Origin: Baekduia sp. | GTDB taxonomy: Bacteria; Actinomycetota; Thermoleophilia; Solirubrobacterales; Solirubrobacteraceae | Assembly: GCA_035554055.1 (NCBI GenBank) | Contig: DATMIZ010000101.1 | Span: forward strand, 77-64,076 | Reading direction: 5' to 3' | Length of the DNA stretch: 64,000 nucleotides | Part shown: piece by piece, positions 24,283-34,704 of the stretch | Layout of the letters: each line of letters starts with the position of its first letter | Numbering within the stretch: the stretch's first letter is position 1 | Position numbers and translations under genes: made by a program | Notes under the pieces: generated by a model | Database searches by the model: none | What the model saw: only the letters and a program-made list of their open reading frames with translations | Told to the model about the DNA's origin: nothing

Positions 24283-24363
24283 GCACAACTAACCAACGGG
24301 AGCGACGGGACTCGGGCGGGCGGGCCTCACTCAAGGTCGCGGGCCTTCCGCACAACTAACCAA

Positions 24364-24381
<18 letters not shown>
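24283..24381. repeat. 32-bp direct repeat containing the tRNA-Asp 3' end
   Basis: GCACAACTAACCAACGGGAGCGACGGGACTCG at 24283-24314 and 24350-24381. Confidence 0.85.
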
Positions 24382-24437
<56 letters not shown>

Positions 24438-24559
24438 AAGAGACGGGTGAGTCAACCCGGGTGCCTGCAGTATGCCAACAGCGCAACTCCGGCGACTCGT
24501 CCCTGTTAGCGGCAGTGAAGCACCAAATAAGTGGCAATCCCTAGGAGGAGTGCAACAGC

Positions 24560-25270
24560 ATGAGAACACGTAAAGGCCTACTGACGGTCGCAACGGCCGC
24601 AATTGCGTCGGTCGCAATCAGCGCGACGGCCATCGCGGCAACGATCGACGGCACCTCGCGCGGCGAGTTCCTCCGCGGAACGAACGGCCCGGACACGATC
24701 AATGGTCACGGCGGTGGAGACCGGATCGTCGGCCTCGCCGGCGACGACATCCTCAATGGCAACCGCGGCCATGACCGGATCTTCGGCGGCGACGGCAATG
24801 ACACGATCGATGGTGGGATCAAGCGCGATCGCCTTAACGGCGGAGCGGGCAACGACACCATCAACGGCGACTTCGGCAACGACCGGATCTCCGGCGGCGA
24901 TGGGGATGACACCTCCAACGGCGGTCCTGGCAATGACACGATCTTCGCGAACCGCGGGGTCGACGTCTCCAACGGCGGCCCCGGCAACGACACGCTCTGG
25001 GCGCTCGCCAAGGACGACGTCCCGAACCCGGGAGTTGACACTCTCAACGGCGAGGACGGCAATGACAAGTTCCGCACGCGCGACGGCGAAGCCGACATCA
25101 TCAACTGCGGCAACGGCAACGATGTCGCCGTGCTCGACACGCAGGACGTGATCGCCGACGCGACCGCCGAGAACCCGAACGGCTCCTGTGAGGTCGTCCA
25201 GCGCAAGGCCCCGAAGGCCTCGGACGACAAGAAGGAACACAAGGGCCAGGACCACACGCCCACCAAGTAG
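24560..25270 (+). CDS. Secreted Ca-binding protein with RTX (GGxGxD) repeats
   Basis: AGGAGG RBS, signal peptide, repeated GGDGNDTI/GGAGNDTI nonapeptides. Confidence 0.88.
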   Translation: MRTRKGLLTVATAAIASVAISATAIAATIDGTSRGEFLRGTNGPDTINGHGGGDRIVGLAGDDILNGNRGHDRIFGGDGNDTIDGGIKRDRLNGGAGNDTINGDFGNDRISGGDGDDTSNGGPGNDTIFANRGVDVSNGGPGNDTLWALAKDDVPNPGVDTLNGEDGNDKFRTRDGEADIINCGNGNDVAVLDTQDVIADATAENPNGSCEVVQRKAPKASDDKKEHKGQDHTPTK

Positions 25271-25289
25271 CGCCCGCCCTCCGCATCTT

Positions 25290-25329
25290 GGGCCGGATTT
25301 CCCCTTCATATCGTGGGGATTTCCGGCCC
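25290..25329. terminator. Imperfect hairpin after the RTX gene (terminator or REP-like)
   Basis: GGGCCGGATTTCCCC...GGGGATTTCCGGCCC. Confidence 0.5.
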
Positions 25330-25401
25330 GAGACGGTTGGGGCCATCGGACAATCGGCCTGATCGCCGATTTGCCGCTGCGGCATTGGCCATCATCAGTC
25401 C

Positions 25402-26436
25402 ATGGCCCGATTCGGACTCCTGACAGGCGGCGGCGATTGCCCCGGCCTTAACGCCGTGATCCGTGCGGTGGTTCGCGCCGCCGAAGCCGACGGCCACACG
25501 CTCTTCGGCTACGAGTACGGCTGGGCCGGCGTCATCGCCGGCAAGGGCCGGGAGCTGACCGCAACGAGCACGCGTGGGATCCTCCATCGTGGCGGCACGA
25601 TCCTCGGCAGCTCGCGCACCAACCCGTACTCCGAGGACGGCCCGGGAACCGCGGGCATCAAGGCCGGGCTGGCGCAGCACGACGTCGACGTCCTGATCCC
25701 GATCGGCGGAGAGGACACGCTCGGCGTCGCCGGGCGACTGGCGCAGGATGGCGTGCCCGTCATCGGAGTCCCGAAGACGATCGACAACGATCTGGCGGGA
25801 ACCGACTTCACGTTCGGTTTCCAGACGGCCGTGCAGATCGCCACCGATGCGATCGACCGCCTCCACACGACCGCCGAGTCACATAACCGTGTGATGGTCG
25901 TCGAGGTGATGGGCCGCCACGCCGGCCACATCGCCGCCTGGGCGGGAATGGCCGGTGGCGCCGACGTGATCCTGGTGCCCGAGCGCCCTTTCCAGATCGA
26001 GGAGGTCTGCGACCACCTCCGCAATCGGCACAACAATGGGAGCACGTTCTCGATCGTCGTCGTGAGTGAAGGCGCGATGCCCGCAGAGGGCTCGATGTCG
26101 ACCCATGGATCGGACAAGACCGACGCATTCGGACACGCGCGGCTCGGCGGTATCGCGGTGGAGCTGGAACGTGAGATCGAGGAGCGCACCGGCTACGAGA
26201 CGCGGATGACGATCCTCGGGCACGTCCAGCGCGGCGGCACGCCGACGGCCTATGACCGCGTGCTCGCTACGCGTTTCGGCGTCGCCGCGGCGCGCGCCGC
26301 AAGCGCCGGCCACAGCGGCAACATGGTCGCTCTACACGGCCCCGCGATCGTCGAGGTGCCACTCAGCCGAGCGCTCGCCGAGCCGAAGCTGCTCGAAGAT
26401 TCGTTCTTCGAGACGGCCGCGGTGTTCTTCGGATAG
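25402..26436 (+). CDS. pfkA: 6-phosphofructokinase
   Basis: TGGGDCPGLN, GGTILGSSR, PKTIDND, EVMGRHAG, LGHVQRGG. Confidence 0.95.
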   Translation: MARFGLLTGGGDCPGLNAVIRAVVRAAEADGHTLFGYEYGWAGVIAGKGRELTATSTRGILHRGGTILGSSRTNPYSEDGPGTAGIKAGLAQHDVDVLIPIGGEDTLGVAGRLAQDGVPVIGVPKTIDNDLAGTDFTFGFQTAVQIATDAIDRLHTTAESHNRVMVVEVMGRHAGHIAAWAGMAGGADVILVPERPFQIEEVCDHLRNRHNNGSTFSIVVVSEGAMPAEGSMSTHGSDKTDAFGHARLGGIAVELEREIEERTGYETRMTILGHVQRGGTPTAYDRVLATRFGVAAARAASAGHSGNMVALHGPAIVEVPLSRALAEPKLLEDSFFETAAVFFG

Positions 26437-26460
26437 TCACAGCGCCCGCGGGCCCTGCAA

Positions 26461-26534
26461 TGGGCGGTGAGGGATTCGAACCCCCGACACCCGCGGTGTA
26501 AACACGGTGCTCTAACCAGCTGAGCTAACCGCCC
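26461..26534 (-). tRNA. tRNA-Val(TAC)
   Basis: GGGCGGTTAGCTCAGCTGG...TTTACAC...GTTCGAATCCCTCACCGCCCA. Confidence 0.95.
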
Positions 26535-26558
26535 GTTGCGATGTGACACGCTACCTAG

Positions 26559-26897
26559 GTGCACATCCCAACGCTTTGGCGAGCCGCCCTTCTGCAGCTC
26601 GTGATCATCGTCGTCCTCTTCGGGGCTCTCCGCCTGGCGCTCGACAAGGAGTTCTTCGAGGACTGGGGTTGGCTCACCGGCCCGATCGCCTGGATGGGCT
26701 CCTCTGCCATCGTCGCCAAAGCGCTGAAGCTGCCGCTCGGACCGACTCTGACCGGTGCGGTGGGCGCTGGACTGGTCAGCGGAGTGTTCGTACTTATCGG
26801 GCTGCACATCGTCGGCCCGATCGTCGCTATCCCCCTGTTCGCACTCTGGTGCGCACGTCTGCGCGACGACCCGCAGCTGCCGGCGGAAGCGATCTGA
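26559..26897 (+). CDS. Small membrane protein
   Basis: Several hydrophobic helices; DKEFFEDWGWLTGP. Confidence 0.7.
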   Translation: MHIPTLWRAALLQLVIIVVLFGALRLALDKEFFEDWGWLTGPIAWMGSSAIVAKALKLPLGPTLTGAVGAGLVSGVFVLIGLHIVGPIVAIPLFALWCARLRDDPQLPAEAI

Positions 26898-26925
26898 CCG
26901 CAACGATCTAGACTCCGTCTCCCGC

Positions 26926-26998
26926 GCCCCCATGGTCTAGCGGTTAGGACGCTCGCCTTTCACGCGAGAGAACGCCGGTTCGAATCCGGCTGGGGGTA
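26926..26998 (+). tRNA. tRNA-Glu(TTC)
   Basis: GCCCCCATGGTCTAGCGG...CTCGC-CTTTCAC-GCGAG...TTCGAATCCGGCTGGGGGTA. Confidence 0.94.
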
Positions 26999-27033
26999 CT
27001 TCTTCACGTCGGACGAGGCCTTATCCTGACTGG

Positions 27034-27106
27034 GCCCTCGTAGCTCAGTCGGTAGAGCAGCGTCCTTTTAAGTCGTTGGCCGTCGGTTCGAGTCCGACCG
27101 GGGGCA
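27034..27106 (+). tRNA. tRNA-Lys(TTT)
   Basis: GCCCTCGTAGCTCAGTCGG...CTTTTAA...TTCGAGTCCGACCGGGGGCA. Confidence 0.92.
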
Positions 27107-27160
27107 TCGCCTCGCGGCGACCGCCGTGCCCTCCTGAGAGAACACGGCAATCGTCGAGCC

Positions 27161-28735
27161 TCAGGAGGCGTCGACCCAAAGTGTCTCGTACATCGCTTGG
27201 TTGAAGGCAGTATTGCTCGCCTGGGACTTCAGGCCCTTGATCGACTTCTTGGCTGCCGTTGAGTTCACGTTGAACGCCGCGACCATGGAGCCACCGCGCT
27301 CGTACTCGATGGTCATGAGCTTGCTGACGATCTCTTTGCGCTTGGTGTCGTCAACTGTGCTCAGGGCTTCCTTGTAGAGCTTGATCCACTCGGCATCGTT
27401 CCAATGCGTCTCATTGAACGGCGCTCCAGAGGCGAGTGCGATTGACGCCACGGTGAGGTACGGGGTAGCACCGGCTGAGGTCATAATCGGGTGCGAGAGA
27501 TAGCCGCTCTCGGGGGTGTAGAACTGCGCGGGGTCGATCTGCTTGAGCTTGACGGTAACCCCGGCTTGCTTGGCTTGCTCCACAAACACCTGCGCGAGCT
27601 GAGGGCCACTCGCGGTCGCCAGAGAGGTCACCAGCTCAATGTTCATGCCCTCCTGGCCGGCCGCCTTGAGCAACGACTTCGCCTGCTCAATGTCCTGCTC
27701 GCGCTGTGGCAGATCCTTGGGGTATTCCGGATCGAGCAAGGACACCATGTCGTTGCCCAGTTCCGCGTGCCCTCCGAACACCTGTGACACGATCTGCTCG
27801 CGATTGGCTATCAGGCGGATCGCCTGACGGACCCGAGGGTCGTTGTAGGGGGCCTTCTGTGTGTGCATGGCGATCGACACGTAACTGTCGCTCGGGCCCT
27901 CCACGAAGTTGTGGCCTGCGTCCGTGATTGCCTTGAGTGGCCCGGTCGGTACCGACTCGATGGCGTCGATCTGACCGGCGAGCAACGCATTGACGCGCGC
28001 GTCGTCATCGGCGAATTCGATCAGCTCGATCGTCTCGATGTAGGGGCCTGGACCCCTGTAGTTCGGATTGGCCTTGAGCACTGTCTTGCGTCCGCGGACC
28101 CAACTTTCGAGCATGTAAGGCCCGCTGCCGATGGGCTTCATCGGATCCCAGTCCTCGGGCTGCGCAAAAAGCACGATGCCTACTTTCGACACGAAGTTCG
28201 CAATCGGCGTGTTCATCGTGAAGCGAACGGTCCGCGGGCCGGTCTTCTTCATGTCCTTGATGTCCCCGAAGCTGTTTGCCAACAGCGAAGTGGCGGGGTC
28301 ACTCAGGCGACGAACCGTCGCGATGATGTCTTCAGGACGAACAGGCTTGCCGTTACTGAACTCAACTTCCTTGACCGTGACATCCCAGACTGTGGCGTCG
28401 TTGCCAACCGCCTCGATCGACTCTGCCAGCCGCAGCGAAGAGTTCGGATCCGTCGCCCGCGCCATGGGCTCGGTGATGTTGTAGATCCGCGCAAAGTCGA
28501 CGTTGACCTGGGCGGAGTCGCCCGGATCGGCAGGCGACTTGGTACCGCTGACGGGGTAACCGAAACGCGCGATCCCGGTGGGCTTGGGTGGCGGCTTGCT
28601 GTCGCCGTCGCCGCCACCACCGTCGTTCGAGTCGTCACCGCAGCCAATGAGGCTGAGGGCTCCGAGGCCTGCGACACAGGCGGCACTGCTTGTCAAAAAC
28701 CCAGCGCGAGTAAGTCCCGGGGAAGAATTTTCCAC
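27161..28735 (-). CDS. ABC transporter substrate-binding lipoprotein (family 5)
   Basis: Tat-like TRAGFL, lipobox LIGC, IGSGPYML, DPRVRQAI; GAGGAG before GTG 28735 (ATG 28753 is the alternative). Confidence 0.85.
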   Translation of the reverse strand: MENSSPGLTRAGFLTSSAACVAGLGALSLIGCGDDSNDGGGGDGDSKPPPKPTGIARFGYPVSGTKSPADPGDSAQVNVDFARIYNITEPMARATDPNSSLRLAESIEAVGNDATVWDVTVKEVEFSNGKPVRPEDIIATVRRLSDPATSLLANSFGDIKDMKKTGPRTVRFTMNTPIANFVSKVGIVLFAQPEDWDPMKPIGSGPYMLESWVRGRKTVLKANPNYRGPGPYIETIELIEFADDDARVNALLAGQIDAIESVPTGPLKAITDAGHNFVEGPSDSYVSIAMHTQKAPYNDPRVRQAIRLIANREQIVSQVFGGHAELGNDMVSLLDPEYPKDLPQREQDIEQAKSLLKAAGQEGMNIELVTSLATASGPQLAQVFVEQAKQAGVTVKLKQIDPAQFYTPESGYLSHPIMTSAGATPYLTVASIALASGAPFNETHWNDAEWIKLYKEALSTVDDTKRKEIVSKLMTIEYERGGSMVAAFNVNSTAAKKSIKGLKSQASNTAFNQAMYETLWVDAS

Positions 28736-28824
28736 GATCTCTCTCCTCATCATCCACGATTGTCCTGCGGAGCCGACAGCCTATGAACCGCAGGCGGCTG
28801 TCAAAACGCTGCTCGTGATCGAAC

Positions 28825-29463
28825 TCAGTGCTTGAGCGGAGCGGCGAAGAACTCCAGCTCGTGCCGCGCCGACGCGTCGAATGCGGCCTTCATCAGGTCG
28901 CGCTCCGCGTCACTCGCCTCGCCCGCGCGCTCGCTGACCACGGCGACAGCCCGTGAGTTGAGCGCCTCGAACGAGGGATCGCTGTAGGTGTCCAGCCAGC
29001 TTGCGTACGGATGGCCTACGAACGACCGCGCCAGCAGGCGCACGCCGACGTCGTAATAGATCCAGAAGCAGGGCAGCAACGCGGCGATCAATTCGAGATA
29101 GCTGCCGGTCGCGGCGGCCGCGTCGAGGTGGCGCGTATAGGCACGGGTTGTGAGATTCGGAGCGGCGTCGAACGTCGTGCCAGCTCCGAGCCAGCTTTCA
29201 TGCAGCTCGAGCTCGCCGGCGTTCGCGTCCTTTGCGCAGTACTCCCAGAACTCCGCCTCGTCCGTGGTCGGTGCCAGCCGGCTCGCCTCGCTCAGGGCAC
29301 GCGCGAATGCCCGCAGATAGAGCGCGTCCTGAGCGAGGAACCAGAGGAACGCGTCGCGATCGAGCGTGCCATCGCCGAGTCCAAGGATGAAAGGCAGCTC
29401 GTCGATCGCCGCGCGGACCTTGGCAATCCCGTCCCACCACTCCTGCACGACGCCGGTCGTCAT
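28825..29463 (-). CDS. tenA: TenA family (thiaminase II-like) protein
   Basis: QDALYL, LLPCFWIY (catalytic Cys), YASWLDTY, ELEFF. Confidence 0.82.
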   Translation of the reverse strand: MTTGVVQEWWDGIAKVRAAIDELPFILGLGDGTLDRDAFLWFLAQDALYLRAFARALSEASRLAPTTDEAEFWEYCAKDANAGELELHESWLGAGTTFDAAPNLTTRAYTRHLDAAAATGSYLELIAALLPCFWIYYDVGVRLLARSFVGHPYASWLDTYSDPSFEALNSRAVAVVSERAGEASDAERDLMKAAFDASARHELEFFAAPLKH

Positions 29464-31073
29464 CGCTTTGCCGTGAGTGCCTGCAGCAACGCTTCGACCG
29501 ACCGTTCCAACTGACTGATCGTCGCGTCGTCGACCTTCGAGATGCCGCAGCGGCGATTGACCCAGGCGTTGACCTCACGATGCGACTGGCGGCGCTTGCG
29601 ACTGAGCTCGCCGACGAGCTTCGTGCGCTCCGCGCGCAATGCGGCCCGCTCCTCGTGGACCGATCGACGCGGCGCCTCAGGCTCCGCATCGACCACTCCG
29701 ACGGGCGCTGCGTCCTGCATCAGTTCATACGGCGTCACCACCGCAGGGCCACCGAACAGCGACATCTGCGACGTCGGCGCCACGTCTGCCTCAAGCGCGA
29801 CGAACTCCATGTCTGGTGTGCGCTCGGTCTCCGTGCGGTCGGGCTTCTCGTCGAAGCCTTCGTCGGGCTCGTCGTCGATCCGCCGCGTGACCTTCAGCAG
29901 CTCCGTCTCGACATCGGTCGCGTGCCGGCGCAGTACCGGATCGCCCGGCAGATACAGCCAGCTCTGCTCCGGCGCGCGGCCCGGCAACGTCCGCACGAAA
30001 CGCCCGACGATCTGGCGGAACACCAGCGGCGTCTTCGCGGCCGTCGCGTAGACCCCGACCCGCAAGCGTGGGATGTCAACGCCTTCGGAAACCATATTGA
30101 CCGCGACGATCCACTCGTCCTTGGAGGCCGTGAAGCGCGCCAGCTTGCGCGCGGCCTGCGCCTCGGTATGGAGCACGATCGTGGGAGCCTTGCCCGTGAC
30201 GTCCTTGAGGATCGCCGCGATCGCGCGCGCGTGCTCCGAGTCGGCGGCGACACACAGCGCGCCGGCATCGGCGTGACCGCCCGCACGCACCGTCTTCAGT
30301 TTCTCGTTCGCCGCGGCGAGGATCCGTGGCAGCCCATCGGGAAGGTCGACCGAGATCGCTGTGCGGTAGCGCCGTGATGCCTCGCGGCCCGGCAGCACCT
30401 CGTCAAAGCCGGCCTCGATCACGTCGTCGCCCGAGCGCCACTTCAGGCTGCCGTCATACGGGATGAAGGTGACCGGCCGACAGACTCCGTCGCGCACGGC
30501 GGCGGCATAGCCATAGGCGACGTCCGGCACGGCGACCCCGTCGGAGTCGTAGTCGATGCCGGGGATCGGCGCGGCGTCGGACCGAAACGGGGTGCCTGAT
30601 AACAGCAGCCAGCGGGCCGCCTTTCCGAACGCCGCCTGGAAGCCGACGCCCCACGCCAGTTCCTCACCGAGGTGGTGCGCCTCGTCCGCGATCACGAGCG
30701 TGTCTGGGGTGCACTGAGCCGCCAGCCGTACCGCCGCAGAAGCGACACGCGCGTAGGTGATCGCGACCCCGTCGAAGTCGGCTGGCGGGCGCAGATCGGC
30801 GTTATCCGGAGCGAGCTGCACCCCGAGCGCTCCCGCGGCCGCCGCCCACTGTGTCGTCAACGGCGTCGTCGGCGCGACCACCACGACACGCCTGACCACC
30901 CTCGCCTTCAGCATCTCCCGAGCAATTACGAGCGCGGGTCGCGTCTTACCGGCGCCAGGCGCGGCGGCGATCAGAAATGAGCCGGACTCCCACTCGCGCA
31001 TGGCGGTGATCGCTGTGTGCTGCCAGGCCCGCAACGACGTCGTCCTGGGCTTGCTGGCGGTGGCTGCTTCCAT
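29460..31073 (-). CDS. Superfamily II DEAD/DEAH helicase
   Basis: LRAWQ, APGAGKT, DEAHH, SGTP, MVSEGVDIP, QIVGRFVR. Confidence 0.9.
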   Translation of the reverse strand: MEAATASKPRTTSLRAWQHTAITAMREWESGSFLIAAAPGAGKTRPALVIAREMLKARVVRRVVVVAPTTPLTTQWAAAAGALGVQLAPDNADLRPPADFDGVAITYARVASAAVRLAAQCTPDTLVIADEAHHLGEELAWGVGFQAAFGKAARWLLLSGTPFRSDAAPIPGIDYDSDGVAVPDVAYGYAAAVRDGVCRPVTFIPYDGSLKWRSGDDVIEAGFDEVLPGREASRRYRTAISVDLPDGLPRILAAANEKLKTVRAGGHADAGALCVAADSEHARAIAAILKDVTGKAPTIVLHTEAQAARKLARFTASKDEWIVAVNMVSEGVDIPRLRVGVYATAAKTPLVFRQIVGRFVRTLPGRAPEQSWLYLPGDPVLRRHATDVETELLKVTRRIDDEPDEGFDEKPDRTETERTPDMEFVALEADVAPTSQMSLFGGPAVVTPYELMQDAAPVGVVDAEPEAPRRSVHEERAALRAERTKLVGELSRKRRQSHREVNAWVNRRCGISKVDDATISQLERSVEALLQALTAKR

Positions 31074-31142
31074 GCGCGAACGAGGCATCCAACCGGCGCG
31101 TCCGGACGGAGCCGCAGAACCTACGCAGGAGCAGGGACTTCG

Positions 31143-33056
31143 TCAGTCGGTCTCGGCGAGCATCGGCGTCGCGGCCATGACGTAACGGTCGCCTCCGGCG
31201 CGCTTGGCCTCGTACATCGCGGCGTCCGCCTCGGCCATCGCATGCTCCAGCGAAGGCAGGTCCGACCCCAGCACGACGACGCCGACGCTGCACGTGACCG
31301 GGGCGACGTGCGGCGCCAGGTCGCGACCCAGCTCGCGCACGGCGTGCACAAGGCGGCCAGCCACGACAGCGACGCCCTCGGGATCACCCTTGGGCAGCAG
31401 TACCGCGAATTCATCGCCGCCGATGCGGCCGGCGATGTCAGAGTCGCGGAGCGCTTCACGCAGCCCCTGGGCCACCGATACGAGCAGCTCGTCGCCGGCC
31501 TGGTGACCCGCCAGATCGTTGAGCTGCTTGAAGTTGTCGAGATCGAGCAGCAGCAGCGCGCCCTCTGAGCCGTAGCGGCGGACAACGGCGACCTGCTGAA
31601 TCACAGCGGCGTTGAACGCGCGGCGATTGGCGAGACCGGTCAGGGCGTCGTGATCGGCCATGTAGCGGAGCTTCTCCTCGAAGCTGCGCCGTTCGCCGAT
31701 GTCGAACACCTGCGCCAGGATCAGTTCCGGCTGACCGTCCTCCGCCGGCAACAGCGATTCGCGCAGCGCCGCCCACACAATTTCGCCGTCCGGACGCCGG
31801 AAGCGCTGATCGCTCTCATAGGAGGACTCTCGCCCTGAGGTCAGCGCCGCGATCGCCTCAGTATTCGTCGGCACGTCGCCCGACGGAAGCAGGTCGCTCA
31901 TCCGCATCCCGATCAACGCGTGCTGATCGCGTCCGACGAAGCGCGCGAAGGCAGGATTGACCTGCGCATAACGGCCATCGAGACCGATCAGGGCCATGCC
32001 GACGGGAGCGGAAGCAAAGATCCGGTGGAAGCGTTCATCGGCGACCGCTTTGCTGATCTGCTCATGCGCGACCGCGAGATCGCGTTCACGCTCACGCGAG
32101 GCGGCAAGATCACGGGCGTTTTGCACCGCGTGTGAGATCGCGGCCGCGAGAAGCGTGAGGATCGCCGTCAGCAACAGCCCAAGCCCGACGAGCAGCGGCC
32201 CGAGCCCAACAGCGCTGCCCGCAGGAACACCCACGCTGAGCGTGAACGTCCGCCCGGCGATCGAAACAGAGGATGTGCCGACATCGCCATTGCGAACACC
32301 GAGGCCGATCACGCGTTGCGTGCCGTAGCCAAGTTCGAACGACTGGCCGGGGAGCGCCTTCTTCAGGATGGCGGCGAGATCGTCGAAGCGGAAGACGCCG
32401 ATGGTGTAGCCGATCGGCCGCGCCGACGATCCAGGTTGGAACACTGGCATGTAGAACGCCATGCCGGGGGTTCCGGTACCGCCTAGTCTGACCGGTGGCG
32501 TGGCTACCGGCCTGTCGCTCTTCGCAGCTCGCGCGATCGTGCTGGCGCGCGACGGGTCCGATGTAAGGTCGAATTCCAATAGCGGCTTGGGGCCCCGCGT
32601 GCCGCCGACGCCGTGGGTCACGATGACGTATTCCGCCCGATGCGGTGCTCGCCTGGGCTCGCCGTTCGGCCCGATCTCCTTGATCGCCGTGCCCCGCGCC
32701 CGCTCAAAACGCGCCCTCTGCCGATCGGGAATGACCGACGCGTACACGAGGTTCGAGGCTTTCGAACTCTTGAGCACGGGTTCAGCGAAGACACGGAACT
32801 CGCGCTGGGTGACGCTCTGGCTCGCCTCAAAGAGACCCGCCATGTCCTGCACGCGGTTCTCGATGTCGCTGGACAGCGTGCGCACCGCCTGCTTCGCGTG
32901 ACCTATCGCCGTCGCTTCACGCTCAGCCCGCGCGTCGCGGTCGGCCTTAAAACCCAGCGTTGCGACCACGGCAGTGACAACCACCATCGCTGCTGCCACC
33001 GCATATGGGATCCGGCGAAAACTCACTCCCACACAATCGGCAGGCTTGCGCGGCAA
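31143..33056 (-). CDS. Membrane diguanylate cyclase (CHASE-PAS-GGDEF)
   Basis: Two TMs flanking a CHASE-like domain, PAS, HDALTGLANR, RIGGDEF; start uncertain. Confidence 0.87.
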   Translation of the reverse strand: MPRKPADCVGVSFRRIPYAVAAAMVVVTAVVATLGFKADRDARAEREATAIGHAKQAVRTLSSDIENRVQDMAGLFEASQSVTQREFRVFAEPVLKSSKASNLVYASVIPDRQRARFERARGTAIKEIGPNGEPRRAPHRAEYVIVTHGVGGTRGPKPLLEFDLTSDPSRASTIARAAKSDRPVATPPVRLGGTGTPGMAFYMPVFQPGSSARPIGYTIGVFRFDDLAAILKKALPGQSFELGYGTQRVIGLGVRNGDVGTSSVSIAGRTFTLSVGVPAGSAVGLGPLLVGLGLLLTAILTLLAAAISHAVQNARDLAASRERERDLAVAHEQISKAVADERFHRIFASAPVGMALIGLDGRYAQVNPAFARFVGRDQHALIGMRMSDLLPSGDVPTNTEAIAALTSGRESSYESDQRFRRPDGEIVWAALRESLLPAEDGQPELILAQVFDIGERRSFEEKLRYMADHDALTGLANRRAFNAAVIQQVAVVRRYGSEGALLLLDLDNFKQLNDLAGHQAGDELLVSVAQGLREALRDSDIAGRIGGDEFAVLLPKGDPEGVAVVAGRLVHAVRELGRDLAPHVAPVTCSVGVVVLGSDLPSLEHAMAEADAAMYEAKRAGGDRYVMAATPMLAETD

Positions 33057-33098
33057 CTTCAGTTGAATTCTGAGTTACAGCGCCGATTTCGTCTCGGC

Positions 33099-34691
33099 TC
33101 AGTGGCGAAAATGGCGGCGCTTGGTGAGCACCATCGCGATGCCGGCGGCGTCGGCGGCGGCGATCACCTCGTCGTCGCGGACCGAACCTCCCGGCTGGAT
33201 GATCGCGGCGATGCCGGCCTCGATCGCGAGCTCCGGTCCATCGGAGAACGGGAAGAAAGCGTCGCTCGCGAGCGATGCCCCCTTCAGCGCGGCTTCGTCT
33301 TGACACTTCTCGATCGCGATCCGCACGCTGTCGACACGGCTCATCTGCCCAGCGCCGATCCCGATCGTGGCGCCGTGGGAGGCGAGGACGATCGCGTTGG
33401 AGCGCACATGGCGGCAGACGGTCCAGGAGAACAACAGGTCCTGCCACTGTGCATCGGTCGGCGTAGCCGCAGTGACAACCTCCATCGCGTCGCCGTCGGT
33501 GACAAGGCGATCACGATCCTGGACGAGCAGGCCGCCCATCACCTGCCGGACGTCCGGTTCGCGCGACAGCAGCGTCCGGCGCTCCTGATCCTCAAGTACG
33601 CGCGCGTTGGGCTTCGACGCAAGGATCTCGAGCGCCGCAGCGTCGAACTCCGGGGCGATGACGACCTCGATCAGCTGCTCGACGAGTGCCCGCGCGGTCG
33701 GCTCATCGACGGCACGGTTGAAGGCGATGACCCCGCCGAACGCGCTCAGCGGATCGCAGTCGAACGCCCGCGTGTACGCCTCCTCCAGCGTCGCGCCGAC
33801 AGCGACGCCGCAGGGGTTGTTGTGCTTGACGATCGCGCAGGCGGGCGTCTCGAAATCGGTGACGATCGCGCGCGCCGCGTCAAGATCGAGCAGGTTGTTG
33901 AACGACAGCTCCTTGCCCTGGTGCTGACGGACATTGCTGAGCACGTGCCTGCGCTCACCGACCTGTTGGTAGTAGGCGGCGCGCTGATGCGGGTTCTCGC
34001 CATACGGGAGATCGACGACCTTCTCGTAGGCGCGGACGAACAGCGGCGGGAAGCCCGCGTCGCGTTCGGCGAACCAGCGTGCGATCGCGGTGTCGTAGCG
34101 CGCGGTGTAAGCGAAGGCCTCGGCCGCCAGCGCCTCGCGTGTCGCCAGCGAGATCTCGCCACCGGACTCCTGCATCTCCATCAGCACCGCGTCATAGGAC
34201 TCGGGCTTGACGACGACGGCGGCGTACGCATGGTTCTTGGCGGCGGCGCGGATCATCGTCGGACCGCCGATGTCGATGTTCTCGATCACGGTCGCATCCG
34301 GCGTGCCGCGGCGCGCAGCCGTGCGTTCAAACGGATAGAGGTTGACGCACACGAGATCGACGAATTCGATCGCATGCTCGGCGGCCTGGCCCATGTGCTT
34401 GGGGTCGTCGCGGACCGCGAGCAGACCGGCGTAGAGCTTGGGATGGAGCGTCTTTACGCGGCCATCCATGATCTCGGGAAAGCCGGTGAAGTCATCGATC
34501 GTGCGGACCCGGAGGCCGGCTTCTTTCAGCCTGGTGGCCGTCCCACCGGTCGATACGAGCTCGACGCCGAGCGCGACGAGGCCCTGTGCGAATTCGACGA
34601 TGCCGCGCTTGTCCGAGACCGATAGCAGCGCCCGTTTCACACGTACGACGCCGTGCTGGGAGTCAGCTTCTTCGATCCGTTGCTCGGCCAT
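33099..34691 (-). CDS. purH: AICAR transformylase/IMP cyclohydrolase
   Basis: [35 protein letters not shown]. Confidence 0.97.
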   Translation of the reverse strand: MAEQRIEEADSQHGVVRVKRALLSVSDKRGIVEFAQGLVALGVELVSTGGTATRLKEAGLRVRTIDDFTGFPEIMDGRVKTLHPKLYAGLLAVRDDPKHMGQAAEHAIEFVDLVCVNLYPFERTAARRGTPDATVIENIDIGGPTMIRAAAKNHAYAAVVVKPESYDAVLMEMQESGGEISLATREALAAEAFAYTARYDTAIARWFAERDAGFPPLFVRAYEKVVDLPYGENPHQRAAYYQQVGERRHVLSNVRQHQGKELSFNNLLDLDAARAIVTDFETPACAIVKHNNPCGVAVGATLEEAYTRAFDCDPLSAFGGVIAFNRAVDEPTARALVEQLIEVVIAPEFDAAALEILASKPNARVLEDQERRTLLSREPDVRQVMGGLLVQDRDRLVTDGDAMEVVTAATPTDAQWQDLLFSWTVCRHVRSNAIVLASHGATIGIGAGQMSRVDSVRIAIEKCQDEAALKGASLASDAFFPFSDGPELAIEAGIAAIIQPGGSVRDDEVIAAADAAGIAMVLTKRRHFRH

Positions 34692-34704
34692 CCGCCGAGC
34701 ATAG

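Noticed and set aside
24700-25140. Periodic repeats that could suggest a CRISPR array
   Set aside because: These are coding GGxGxD RTX nonapeptides; no spacers or cas genes
27034-27106. U-U mismatch in the tRNA-Lys anticodon stem; no encoded CCA in any of the four tRNAs
   Set aside because: Both are common and tolerated, so not evidence of pseudogenes
29460-31073. Helicase as a restriction or defence component
   Set aside because: No methylase or nuclease partner; resembles a common stand-alone actinobacterial SF2 helicase
28754-31142. TPP riboswitch for tenA
   Set aside because: tenA is coupled to the helicase stop, and no TPP core was recognised in the nearby gaps
32613-34625. Long antisense or overlapping ORFs (670 aa here; also 61774-63048 and the 5' extensions of 16674-18260 and 21981-23891)
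   Set aside because: Shadow frames of well-supported genes in high-GC DNA, with no recognisable motifs
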